A stretch of 64,000 nucleotides of DNA from Tagaea sp. (GTDB lineage Bacteria > Pseudomonadota > Alphaproteobacteria > CACIAM-22H2), in assembly GCA_965279525.1 (NCBI GenBank), contig CBDIIB010000004.1:96001-160000 (forward strand). Direction: 5' to 3'. A model generated the notes under the pieces. The model worked only from the letters and a program-made list of their open reading frames with translations, searched no databases and had not been told where the DNA came from. The translations under genes were made by a program, and so were the position numbers. Below, piece by piece: positions 38,769 through 48,358 of this stretch (within the stretch, counting starts at the first letter, position 1; every line of letters starts with the position of its first letter).

Positions 38769-40348
38769 CGACCCAGATCTTTCAGGATTTCCCGCGCCGC
38801 ATTGTGGCCGACGACGCCGCCCACGCCGCCGCCGGGGTGCGCCGACGAGCCGCACTGGTACAGCCCCTTGATCGGCGAACGGTAGTCGGCCCAGTGCGGT
38901 GCCGGTCGCGCCCAGAAAAGCTGGTCGACCTGCAGGTCGCCGTGGAAGATGTGGCCGTGCGGCGAGCCGATCTTCGCCTCGATGTCGGGCGGCGTGAGGA
39001 CCTGCATGTCGATGATGCCGTCCGAGAAACCGGGTGCGAACTCGTCCATCACGTTCATGACGTTGCGGACGAGTTCGTCCTTGCGCGTCGTCCAGTCGCC
39101 GGTCTTGAGTGTATAGGGCGCATGCCCGCCGAAGAGATTGACGACGTGTTTGCCTGGTGGCGACACAGAATCGTCCACGAAGCTTGGAGTGACCGGCGTG
39201 ATGAACGGACGGCGAGAGATGTCGCCATGCTTGGCATCGTCGTAGGCCTGCTCGATATATTCGATCGTCGGCCCGATATGCGTATAGGTCGGATAGGCAA
39301 AGCCGCACTTGACCGGATCGAACGAAGTGTATTGCGGCAGACGTTCGCACGCGATGTTGATCTTGAAGGCGCTGGAGTATGTCCGGTACGTCTCGACGTC
39401 GCGCACGAAGTCTGCCGGCAGTTTCGCTTTCTCGATGAACTTGAGGAACGTCAGCTTGGCCGAGACGTTGCTCGCGATCGTGTCGGCTTCGTAGCGGGTC
39501 CCGTCGGCGAGCGTCACGCCCGTCGCGCGGCCGCCGGAACTTTCAATGGACGCGACCTCGGCGTCCGTCCGTATCTTCAGTCCTTTGGCGATGCCCGAGC
39601 GTGCGATTGCCTGCGTGATCGCACCCATGCCGCCGCGGACGAACCCCCAACCGCCGGCACCGGCATGCTCACCCATGACGTGGTGCATGATGACGTAGGC
39701 CGAGCCCGGGCTCTTCGGACCTGTGAATGTCCCGATCCCGCAGTAGTAGGCGAGGACGGCCTTGACCTCTGAGCTTTCGAACCATTCCGACAGATAGGCG
39801 TCGGCGCTCATCGTCATCAGGTCGATGAGACGGAAGAGCTTTCCGCCGACCTTCCGGTAGGTCCACAGGAATTTCGCCGTCTCCTTGAACGAGCGCCAGT
39901 CCCTGCACGACGGGTCGGGTGGCGTCTCGAGCAGGAGCTTGCGCATGATCGCGACCGACTCCATCAGGTAGCGGTCGAACTCCGGATAGATAGCGGCGTC
40001 TTTTGCCGAGAAGCGTGCGAAGCTTTTCTGCGTCTTGGCGACGTCATCGGCGAAGATGATGTAGTCGTTGCCCGGCAGCGGCCCGAACATGTCGGTGGCG
40101 GGAAGGACCTGGTAGCCGAACTTCGCCAGTTCGAGATCCGAGATGACCCGGGGATGCAGCAGGCTCATCAGGTAGCTGAAGACGGAAAATTTGAAGCCCG
40201 GGAAGATCTCTTCGGTAACCGCGGCACCGCCGATCACGTGCCGCCGTTCGAGAACGAGCGTTTTCAGGCCGGCGCGCGCGAGGTAGGCTCCGCATGTGAG
40301 TCCATTATGGCCGCCACCGATGATGATCGCGTCGAAACGCTCCGCCAT
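38765..40348 (-). CDS. FAD-dependent oxidoreductase, phytoene dehydrogenase-related, PYROXD2-like subfamily
   Basis: IIGGGHNGL, ERRHVIGGAAVTEEIFPGFKFS, IFHG...DQLF.ARP, GLYQCGSSAHPGGGV. Confidence 0.88.
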   Translation of the reverse strand: MAERFDAIIIGGGHNGLTCGAYLARAGLKTLVLERRHVIGGAAVTEEIFPGFKFSVFSYLMSLLHPRVISDLELAKFGYQVLPATDMFGPLPGNDYIIFADDVAKTQKSFARFSAKDAAIYPEFDRYLMESVAIMRKLLLETPPDPSCRDWRSFKETAKFLWTYRKVGGKLFRLIDLMTMSADAYLSEWFESSEVKAVLAYYCGIGTFTGPKSPGSAYVIMHHVMGEHAGAGGWGFVRGGMGAITQAIARSGIAKGLKIRTDAEVASIESSGGRATGVTLADGTRYEADTIASNVSAKLTFLKFIEKAKLPADFVRDVETYRTYSSAFKINIACERLPQYTSFDPVKCGFAYPTYTHIGPTIEYIEQAYDDAKHGDISRRPFITPVTPSFVDDSVSPPGKHVVNLFGGHAPYTLKTGDWTTRKDELVRNVMNVMDEFAPGFSDGIIDMQVLTPPDIEAKIGSPHGHIFHGDLQVDQLFWARPAPHWADYRSPIKGLYQCGSSAHPGGGVGGVVGHNAAREILKDLGR

Positions 40349-40367
40349 TTGTAAAAAATCCCCGTCC

Positions 40368-40417
40368 AAATTTTATTGTATTAAAATTTTTGTCGTATAA
40401 GTTTGTCAACTACAAAC
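40368..40417. promoter_or_regulatory. Two inverted repeats in the divergent promoter (candidate XRE-cupin operators)
   Basis: AAATTTTA-N6-TAAAATTT at 40368-40389 and GTTTGT-N5-ACAAAC at 40401-40417. Confidence 0.55.
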
Positions 40418-40429
40418 GTATGCGGTGCC

Positions 40430-41053
40430 ATGGTTGATAATGTCCGAAAACTAAGACCGCTCGCTGAATCCGTCCCGCAGGGCGGTGCGGACGAAGCCGT
40501 GCCGCGCAAGATCGGTCAGGAAATCCGGGGCCTGCGCAAAGCCCGCAACCTGACGCTTGCCGAACTTGCCGAGGCAAGCGGCCTGTCGGTCGGCTATCTG
40601 AGCCTGCTGGAACGCGACCTGGCCACGCCTTCCATCAAGGCGCTGCATTCGGTTTCGCGCGCGCTTGGACAGACCATCAGCTGGTTCTTCGCGGCCGACG
40701 CCGTGCCGGAAAGCGAACGCGATCTGGTCGTGCGCCGGTCGCGCCGGCGCCGTCTCGAATACTCGGCCGGCATCGTCGACGAGCTCCTGAGCCCCAATCT
40801 GACCGGAACGCTCGAACTGCTTTCCAGCCGGTTTCCGCCGGGTGCTTCGTCGGGCGACGAGCCCTATACGCATGCCGGCGAGGAAGCCGGCATCGTCATC
40901 CGCGGGCGCCTCGAGCTGTGGGTCGACGGCAAGCACCTGATGCTCTCGGCCGGAGACAGCTTCGGATTCGCAAGCTCGCTGCCGCATCGCTACCGCAATC
41001 CCGGACCGGAAGAAACCGAAGTCATCTGGGCGATCACTCCTCCCAGCTACTGA
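40430..41053 (+). CDS. XRE-family HTH plus cupin regulator (PuuR-like)
   Basis: LTLAELAEASGLSVGYLSLLER, cupin HAGEE...GDS...PHRYRN. Confidence 0.9.
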   Translation: MVDNVRKLRPLAESVPQGGADEAVPRKIGQEIRGLRKARNLTLAELAEASGLSVGYLSLLERDLATPSIKALHSVSRALGQTISWFFAADAVPESERDLVVRRSRRRRLEYSAGIVDELLSPNLTGTLELLSSRFPPGASSGDEPYTHAGEEAGIVIRGRLELWVDGKHLMLSAGDSFGFASSLPHRYRNPGPEETEVIWAITPPSY

Positions 41054-42330
41054 TGAGCCAGCACGCAAATCTGTGGGAAGAGACCGCCGTCGCGCCTCCG
41101 GCCACCGCGCCGCTCGGCGCCTCGACGCGCACCCGCGTCGCGATCGTCGGGGCAGGCTATCTCGGCCTGTCCGCGGCCCTGCACCTGGCCGAAGCCGGTG
41201 CCGACGCGGTCGTCCTTGATGCCGAGGGGCCGGGCTTCGGTGCGTCCGGCCGAAGCGGTGGCCAGGTCATCCCCGGGCTCAAGTACGATCCCGAAGAGAT
41301 CGAGGCGGTGATGGGCCGCGAGCGCGGCGAGCGCCTGTGGCGTTTTGCCGGCTCGACGGCGGATTTCGTCTTCGATCTCGTCGCGCGTCTCGGACTGAAG
41401 GCGCAGGCACGCAGGACGGCCTGGATCCAGGGCATCCATGCCGAAGCCGCCGCCGTCCGTGCCCGATCGCGCGCGCGCCAGTGGCAGGCACGCGGCGCGG
41501 ACGTGTCCTATGTGGATGCAGGCGAGGCCACCCGGCTTGTCGGCACGTCGATTTATGCCGGCGCGTTCGTCGACCGGCGCGCGGGCACGATCCAGCCGCT
41601 CTCGTATTCGCGCGAGCTTGCGCGTGCCGCGCTTGCCGCAGGTGCGCGCATCCACGGGAAATCGAAGGTCGTTTCGGTCGCACGACAGGGCACGGGCTGG
41701 CGCGTCGAGACGGCATCGGGCGCGCATGTCGATGCCGAGCATGTGTTCGTCTGCACGAACGCTTATTCCGGGCCGCTGTTTCCGGATCTGCCGGCGTCGA
41801 TCGTCGCGGCGAACTCGCTCCAGATCGCGACAGTCCCGCTTCCGGCCGATCTGCGCGCGGCGATCCTGCCGGGCGGCGAGGTTCTCTCGGATACGCGGCG
41901 CATCATCCGCTACTGGCGGACGGACGATCAGGGACGCTTCATCATGGGCGGGCGCGGCCCCTACCGGGAGCCGGGACCTGAATCCGACTGGGGCCATCTC
42001 AAGCGTGACGCGGCCAGTCTCTATCCCGCACTTGCCGGCATTTCTTTCACGCATCGCTGGTCAGGCCGTGTGGCCATCCATCCGGACTATTGGCCACGCC
42101 TGCATGTTCCCGAGCCTGGCCTTTACGCCGCGATCGGTTGTCAGGGCCGCGGCATCGGCTGGCAGTCGGCGATGGGGGCGGAACTCGCCCGGCTCGTCCT
42201 CGACAAGGATCGCGAGCCCGTGCTCCCGGTGTCGGGCGTCACGCGTATTCCGTTCGCGCCGCTCAAGCGGGTGGGCGTATCGTTGACCATCGCGGCCATG
42301 CGCGTTCTCGATCGGCTGGGCATCGCATGA
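41053..42330 (+). CDS. FAD-dependent amine oxidoreductase, DAO family (PuuB-like)
   Basis: IVGAGYLGLSAALHLA, GFGASGRSGG, IQPL, GRGI. Confidence 0.87.
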   Translation: MSQHANLWEETAVAPPATAPLGASTRTRVAIVGAGYLGLSAALHLAEAGADAVVLDAEGPGFGASGRSGGQVIPGLKYDPEEIEAVMGRERGERLWRFAGSTADFVFDLVARLGLKAQARRTAWIQGIHAEAAAVRARSRARQWQARGADVSYVDAGEATRLVGTSIYAGAFVDRRAGTIQPLSYSRELARAALAAGARIHGKSKVVSVARQGTGWRVETASGAHVDAEHVFVCTNAYSGPLFPDLPASIVAANSLQIATVPLPADLRAAILPGGEVLSDTRRIIRYWRTDDQGRFIMGGRGPYREPGPESDWGHLKRDAASLYPALAGISFTHRWSGRVAIHPDYWPRLHVPEPGLYAAIGCQGRGIGWQSAMGAELARLVLDKDREPVLPVSGVTRIPFAPLKRVGVSLTIAAMRVLDRLGIA

Positions 42331-42341
42331 GCGGAGGAAGA

Positions 42342-43148
42342 ATGTCGTACCAGACAATCGTGCTCGAACAGGCGGGGGGCGTGGCCGTCCTGACTTTCAA
42401 TCGGCCCCGTGTCCTCAACGCGTTCGATCCGGTCCTCGTGGACGAGACCATGCAGGCGATGGCGACGCTTTCGGCCGATGACAGCGTGCATGCGATCATC
42501 GTGCGCGGCGAGGGGCGCGCTTTTTCCGCCGGCTTCGACCTGAAAGCCGGCGCTGCAACCGCCGGTCAGCGCGGCATTGCCGACTGGCGCAAGGTGCTGG
42601 AGGCCGACTTCGATTTCATCATGGCATTCTGGGATTGCCCGAAGCCGACGATCGCGTCGGTGCACGGCTTCTGCATCGGTGGCGCTTTCGAACTCGCGCT
42701 CGCCTGCGACGTGACGGTGGCGGCTGCCGGCACTCGCTTCGGTGCGCCGGAAGTGAAATTCGGATCCGGTGCCGTCGCGCTTTTGCTTCCGTTCGTCTGC
42801 GGTCCGAAGGCGGCGAAGGAACTGCTGCTGACCGGCGACGACCATCTGTCGGCCGAGCGCGCGCTGGTGCTCGGTATCGTCAATCATGTCGAACCGGCCG
42901 GTGAAGAGTTCGCAAAGGCCAAAGCGCTCGCGGATGCGATGGCCGCGGCGGACCCGACTGCCGTGCGGATGACCAAGCGTGCGCTGAATCGCAGCTACGA
43001 GGCGATGGGACTGCGCACGGCACTCGCCCAGGCGCTCGAGACCGACATCTTCATCGAAAGCGCCGGCGGGCCGAAGCGCGCGGAATTCGACCGCATCCGG
43101 CGTGAACAGGGCCTTCAGGCCGCGATCGCCTGGCGCGACGGCCGCTGA
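42342..43148 (+). CDS. Enoyl-CoA hydratase/isomerase family protein
   Basis: SD GGAGG; FSAGFDL, GGAFELALACD, PEVKFG. Confidence 0.92.
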   Translation: MSYQTIVLEQAGGVAVLTFNRPRVLNAFDPVLVDETMQAMATLSADDSVHAIIVRGEGRAFSAGFDLKAGAATAGQRGIADWRKVLEADFDFIMAFWDCPKPTIASVHGFCIGGAFELALACDVTVAAAGTRFGAPEVKFGSGAVALLLPFVCGPKAAKELLLTGDDHLSAERALVLGIVNHVEPAGEEFAKAKALADAMAAADPTAVRMTKRALNRSYEAMGLRTALAQALETDIFIESAGGPKRAEFDRIRREQGLQAAIAWRDGR

Positions 43149-44276
43149 TCAGCCTTTTGTGAGCTTTCCGGCCGGATCGTGGACCGCGCGCTCGCGCAGG
43201 GTGCCCGTCGCCGTGCCGCCGGCCGCCATCTCGATGATCGCCGAAGCGCCGTCCTTCGCGAGCGCTGCCGGGACATAACCGAGGGCGAGCGACTTGCCGA
43301 CGGCATAGCCCCGATCGGCCGACGACACGCTGCCGGCCTCGCGTCCGTCGACGACGATTCGGTCGCCGCGCGCGGGAAGATGCTCGATTCCGGCGAGTTC
43401 GACGAGCATGAGCTTGCGCGCGACACCTTCGCGCTTCTGACGCTCGAGCGCCGCCTTCGCCGCGAAGGCCGGCTTGTTCAGCTTGACCGTCCATCCGAGC
43501 CCGGCCTCGTAGGGCGTGGTCGTCTCGTCGAGATCGAGGCCGTAAATCGGATACTTCTTCTCGATGCGGACCGAGCGCAGTGCGCCGAGGCCGCAGGGCG
43601 TAACGCCCAGATCCGCACCCGCCCGCATGACCGAGTCCCAAAGATGCTCGGCGCACTCGCTCGGGTAGAAGAGCTCGAAGCCGAGTTCGCCCGAGAACCC
43701 GGTACGCGACACGATAGTGCCGGCGATTTCGGCGACAGTGCCCGTCGTGAACGAGTAGAACGGAAGTGAGGCGGTCGATAGATCGACCGAAGTGAGGCGG
43801 CTCAGCAGTTCGCGCGAGCGGGGCCCCTGAATCGAAAGGTAGGCCGACTTGTAACCGAGATTGCTGACACCGGCATTGTAGGCGGCCGCGTCCCTGGAAA
43901 GCGCGTCGAACACGGCACCAATGCGCGACGGCGTCGGGAATAGCCATAGACGGTCCGGAGCGAGACGGAAGCAGGTCAGGTCATCGACCATGCCACCCGA
44001 TACGGCGCAGAGCGACGAGTAGACGACCTTGCCGACGGCGAGTGCGCCGATATCCGCGACGAGGTGGTGCTGGAGCAGGGCAGTCGCACCCTGTCCGGTC
44101 ACTTCGACTGCGCACTGGTAGTAGACATCATAGATGCCGACGGCCGACCGTGTCGCCCGATGTTCTTTTTCGGTCGATGTGAACTTGAGCGGGGATGCCA
44201 TCCCGAGACGATCGACGAATTCCGCGCCCAGCGCTTCGAAACGATGATGGTAAGGCGAGTGCCGAATGAGCGGCAT
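43149..44276 (-). CDS. Folate-binding aminomethyltransferase (GcvT) family protein, probable THF-dependent demethylase
   Basis: EHRATR, GGMVDD, IQGPRS, RTGFSGELGFE, GLGALRSVRIEK; canonical DVSHM replaced by DVYYQ. Confidence 0.85.
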   Translation of the reverse strand: MPLIRHSPYHHRFEALGAEFVDRLGMASPLKFTSTEKEHRATRSAVGIYDVYYQCAVEVTGQGATALLQHHLVADIGALAVGKVVYSSLCAVSGGMVDDLTCFRLAPDRLWLFPTPSRIGAVFDALSRDAAAYNAGVSNLGYKSAYLSIQGPRSRELLSRLTSVDLSTASLPFYSFTTGTVAEIAGTIVSRTGFSGELGFELFYPSECAEHLWDSVMRAGADLGVTPCGLGALRSVRIEKKYPIYGLDLDETTTPYEAGLGWTVKLNKPAFAAKAALERQKREGVARKLMLVELAGIEHLPARGDRIVVDGREAGSVSSADRGYAVGKSLALGYVPAALAKDGASAIIEMAAGGTATGTLRERAVHDPAGKLTKG

Positions 44277-44430
44277 TTAACTGTCCCCCTGAATCGAACT
44301 GGCTTGCTGTCGGCGAGATATAGTCAGAAAGTAAAAATAGATAACCATTTTTTCAATCACAAAAACATATAGCGGGCCATATTTATGTTACCGTCGACAC
44401 TTCAAATCATTCACGGCTCTGAAGCCGCCG

Positions 44431-45333
44431 TCACCGTCGTGCGGCCTCGGCGCGCAGCAGATCGATCAGTGCATTGATCGGCGCGACGTTGGCGAGCGTG
44501 CGAGCGAGCATCGCTCCGGCGCGAAAGCGCGTTACGTCGGCCGGCAGCTTGATCTCGACGAGCCCCTGGCCGATCGAAGATCCGAGCAGGCCACTCGCCA
44601 CGCAGCCCAGATAGGGGCCGGCGCGCAGCAACTGGAAGATTGCCATCAGCGATGTCGATTCGACGGCGATATGCGGCGGTGGGCTTCCCATGCGCCGGAA
44701 CATGGCCTCGCGCCCGGCGATTGTCTCGTCGTCGTCCTGGTAGACGACCCACGGATGCTCGGCAAGGTCCTTGCCGCTGATGTTGCGCTGCCGGGCGAGC
44801 TTGTGATCGGCTGACGCGATTACGCACATGCGCACGTCGACAATCCTGCGCGTCTCGATGAAATCGGGCAGTCCCGAACTCGGGATCCGGGCGACGACAA
44901 GGTCGAGATCGCCGTTCAGCAGGCTCGGAAGCGTGCGCGGATTGGCGCCAATCTGCAGATCGATGCGCAGATTCGGGAACCGCGCATGCAGCTTGGCTAT
45001 CGCCGGCGGGAGCAGGGCAGCGCCGAAGAAGAGACCGGCCCCGATCCGCAAATGCCCGGTCCGGCCGCTGCGGAAGGCACCAAGCTCGGACTGGGCGAAG
45101 TTCCACTCCGTCTCGATCAGCTTGGCATGTCGCAGCAGCGTTTCTCCGAACCGCGTCAACACGATCCCGCGCGCACGCCGCGCGAACAGCGATACGCCGA
45201 GGCTTTGCTCGAGCCGATGGATCGCCTTGCTCGCCGCGGGTTGGCTGATCGAGAGGGCCTGCGCGCCGGCGCTGATGCTGCCGGCCTTCGTCACCGCGAG
45301 GAACTGGCGCAGCAGGGCCACGTTCTCGAGCAT
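44431..45333 (-). CDS. LysR family regulator
   Basis: GSISAGAQALSISQPAASKAIHRLEQSLGVSLF; divergent from the sulfatase operon. Confidence 0.93.
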   Translation of the reverse strand: MLENVALLRQFLAVTKAGSISAGAQALSISQPAASKAIHRLEQSLGVSLFARRARGIVLTRFGETLLRHAKLIETEWNFAQSELGAFRSGRTGHLRIGAGLFFGAALLPPAIAKLHARFPNLRIDLQIGANPRTLPSLLNGDLDLVVARIPSSGLPDFIETRRIVDVRMCVIASADHKLARQRNISGKDLAEHPWVVYQDDDETIAGREAMFRRMGSPPPHIAVESTSLMAIFQLLRAGPYLGCVASGLLGSSIGQGLVEIKLPADVTRFRAGAMLARTLANVAPINALIDLLRAEAARR

Positions 45334-45453
45334 GCCATTCTCCTAGGTTATGGAAAGCGGAATAAATGGAACTTTACGGACTGTCTGGCCGGATGTGAAG
45401 CTTCACATCCAAAGGCGCAAAATGCGCCGCTTGCCGAGGGGGAAATCGCCAAC

Positions 45454-46983
45454 ATGCGGGCCGTGTTCGTCCTGTTCGATTCACTCACGCGCTCGGCCAT
45501 GAGTGCCTACGCCGACACGCACGTCCACACGCCGAACTTCAAGCGATTCGCGGAACGTGCGGTGACGTTCGACAGCCATTTCGTCGGCAGCCTGCCCTGC
45601 ATGCCGGCGCGTCGCGACATCCACACCGGCCGCCTCAACTTCCTGCATCGCAGCTGGGGGCCGCTCGAGCCCTACGACAACTCGTTCCCGGAAATGTTGC
45701 GCGAAGCCGGCGTGCACTCCCATCTCGTCACGGACCACATGCACTATTTCGAGGACGGCGGCGCCACCTATCATGGCCGCTTCCGCAGCTGGGATTTCAT
45801 CCGCGGTCAGGAGTACGACCCGTGGAAGGCGATGGTGCAGCCGCCGATCGACCGGCTGCGCGAAAAGTACAATGCCAAGCACTACGACTTCGCGAAAAGC
45901 TGGAAGCGGCTGCAGAACGCCGTCAACCGCGAGTACATGGTCGAGGAGAAGGATTTCTGCCTGCCGCGCTGCTTCGAGAGCGCATTCGATTTCCTCGACA
46001 CGAACCGGGGTGCGGACAACTGGTTCCTGTTGCTCGAGTGTTTCGATCCGCACGAACCCTTCCACGCGCCCGATCGCTTCAAGGACCGCTACCGCACTGG
46101 CTACAACGGCGGCATCCTCGACTGGCCGCACTATGAAAAGGTGACCGACAGCAAGGAGGAGATCGACGAGATCCGCGCGAACTACGCGGCCCTGATGACC
46201 GCCTGCGACCATTATTTCGGCAAGCTCATCGACTATTTCGACAAGCACGACATGTGGAAGGACACGGCCGTCATCCTGTCGACTGACCATGGCTTTCTGC
46301 TCGCCGAGCACGACTGGTGGGGCAAGAACCTGATGCCCTACTACACCGATATCTCGCACATCCCGATGATCATGCACCACCCGGCCCATGCAAAGCAGGC
46401 CGGGCAACGCCGCAAGTCGGTTACCCAGACGATGGATCTCATGCCGACGATACTCGACATCTTCGGCATGGCCGTGCCGCCGGAAGTGCAGGGGCGTTCG
46501 TTGCTTGGCCTGATGGAGAGTGACGAGAAGATCCGCGATGTCGGTATCTTCGGCATGTTCGGCGGCCCGATCGGCGCAACTGACGGGCGCTACACCTATT
46601 ACCTCTATCCCGGCGACCTCTATGGCCCGGACCTGCACGAATACACGCTGATGCCGATGCATCTGCATTCGCTGTTCAGTGCGGCCGAGATGCGCACGGC
46701 GAAGCTGCGCGAACCGTTCGATTTCACCAAAGGCATGCCGATCCTCAAGATCGACGCGCTGATGGACGCGCGGCGCATCCCGATCCACGACGGCAAGCTG
46801 TTTGACCCGGGCGTGGGTACCACGCTCTACGACATCCACAACGATCCCAGGCAGCTCAAGCCGTTTCGCGACATCGCGATCGAACGGCGCATCCTTGCGG
46901 GGATCGCCGAACAGATGCGCAGGCACGACGCACCCGCCGAACTCTACGCCCGTTACGGAATCGGTCCCAAAATGGCCGCGTGA
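45454..46983 (+). CDS. Cys-type (formylglycine-dependent) sulfatase, cytoplasmic
   Basis: FDS, TPNF, CMPAR (CxPxR), DPHEPF, TDHG, WWGK; no signal peptide. Confidence 0.9.
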   Translation: MRAVFVLFDSLTRSAMSAYADTHVHTPNFKRFAERAVTFDSHFVGSLPCMPARRDIHTGRLNFLHRSWGPLEPYDNSFPEMLREAGVHSHLVTDHMHYFEDGGATYHGRFRSWDFIRGQEYDPWKAMVQPPIDRLREKYNAKHYDFAKSWKRLQNAVNREYMVEEKDFCLPRCFESAFDFLDTNRGADNWFLLLECFDPHEPFHAPDRFKDRYRTGYNGGILDWPHYEKVTDSKEEIDEIRANYAALMTACDHYFGKLIDYFDKHDMWKDTAVILSTDHGFLLAEHDWWGKNLMPYYTDISHIPMIMHHPAHAKQAGQRRKSVTQTMDLMPTILDIFGMAVPPEVQGRSLLGLMESDEKIRDVGIFGMFGGPIGATDGRYTYYLYPGDLYGPDLHEYTLMPMHLHSLFSAAEMRTAKLREPFDFTKGMPILKIDALMDARRIPIHDGKLFDPGVGTTLYDIHNDPRQLKPFRDIAIERRILAGIAEQMRRHDAPAELYARYGIGPKMAA

Positions 46984-47011
46984 ACGGCCGACGGAAACCA
47001 GGGAGAAAACG

Positions 47012-48358
47012 ATGAAAATCAGCAATCTTGCCGCTGCCGCATTCGGCACGGCTGTCGCGTTCGCCGGCACGGCACAGGCCCAGGCGCCGTTCGCCGATGT
47101 CGGCAGGCAACCGCCGATCTCTATCCTGATCAATTCCTCGCCCTGGTTCGCCGGGTTCGAGAAGACGGTCGAGCTCTACGAGAAGCAGACCGGCAACAAG
47201 GTGACGCTCGACGTGACGCCCTTCGGCGGCATGCTGGAGAAGGCGCGCAACGCCGTGCGCGGCGCCAACAGCCCGTACGACATCCTCAACATCGACACGC
47301 AGTGGACGATCGAGTTCTACGAGGGCGGCACGCTGGCGCCGTTCGACGAGATCGATCCGTCGTTCGCTCTTCCGCGCGAAGTGCTGACCTATCAGGACTC
47401 GAACTACTGGAACGCGGCGAAGCGCTGGCGCACGCGCGAGGGCGGCAAGCTGATGGGCTATTCGCCCAACGGCAATATCCACGTCCTCTACTACCGGGGC
47501 GATCTCGTGAAGCAGGCCGGCCTCCAGCCGCCCAAGACGTGGGATGACGTCGCCGCAATCTGCGAGAAGGTCGGCAAGCCGCCGGAAATGTACGGGTTCG
47601 TGACGCGCGGCGAGCGCGGCAACGGCATCCGTTTCGACTGGATGCCCTTCATGATCGGTGCCGGAGCCGACATCGTGAAGGCGCCGGCCGACGGGGACTA
47701 TACCGTCACGATCAATTCGCCCGCGGCCAAGACGGCCCTCGACCGCTATGTCGGCCTGATGAAGCGCTGCGCGCCGCCCAACCACGGCGTACTGGGGCAG
47801 GGCGACCTGATCCAGCTCCTGTCGACCGGCAAGGCCCTGCAGGGCATGGCCGTCATTGCGGCATGGTCGAATTTCGAGGACAAGACCAAGTCCGCCGTCG
47901 TCGGCAAGATGGACGCGGCGCCCGTTCCGTCCTTCCCCGGCGGCAAGCCGGGCGTCGTGATCGGCAACTGGCACTTCGTCGTGCCGAAGAACCTGCCGGC
48001 GGAAAAGAAGAAGGCCGCTCTGGCCTTTTCGCGTTGGTTCCTGACCGCCGGCGCGCAGCGCGAGTATGCGTTGGGTGGCGGCATCCCGGTCCGTTCGGAT
48101 ACATTCTCGTCCGATCTCGCTTCGCGGCCGGAGTTCCGCTGGATGAAAGCCTACGGCGACAGCCAGCCCTATGCACGACAGGAACTCGGCTTTGCCGAGG
48201 GCGCGCAGGTCGAGCAGGTGCTGGGTCTGCGTCTCAACCAGGCGCTGATCGGCGAGCTCTCGACCGGCAAAGCCCTCAACATGGCCGCCGCTGAGATCGA
48301 GGAACTCCTCAAGCGCAATGGCCGCCGCACCGGGCGTCTGGCGAACCTGCCGGAATGA
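47012..48358 (+). CDS. Carbohydrate ABC substrate-binding protein (CUT1)
   Basis: SD GGGAG, signal peptide ending AQA, LYYRGDL, PKTWDD. Confidence 0.88.
   Translation: MKISNLAAAAFGTAVAFAGTAQAQAPFADVGRQPPISILINSSPWFAGFEKTVELYEKQTGNKVTLDVTPFGGMLEKARNAVRGANSPYDILNIDTQWTIEFYEGGTLAPFDEIDPSFALPREVLTYQDSNYWNAAKRWRTREGGKLMGYSPNGNIHVLYYRGDLVKQAGLQPPKTWDDVAAICEKVGKPPEMYGFVTRGERGNGIRFDWMPFMIGAGADIVKAPADGDYTVTINSPAAKTALDRYVGLMKRCAPPNHGVLGQGDLIQLLSTGKALQGMAVIAAWSNFEDKTKSAVVGKMDAAPVPSFPGGKPGVVIGNWHFVVPKNLPAEKKKAALAFSRWFLTAGAQREYALGGGIPVRSDTFSSDLASRPEFRWMKAYGDSQPYARQELGFAEGAQVEQVLGLRLNQALIGELSTGKALNMAAAEIEELLKRNGRRTGRLANLPE

Noticed and set aside
38765-40348. Call as carotenoid phytoene desaturase crtI
   Set aside because: No crtB/crtE nearby; motifs and amine-transporter context fit the PYROXD2-like branch better
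43149-44276. Call as glycine cleavage gcvT
   Set aside because: No gcvH/gcvP adjacent and the conserved DVSHM motif is changed
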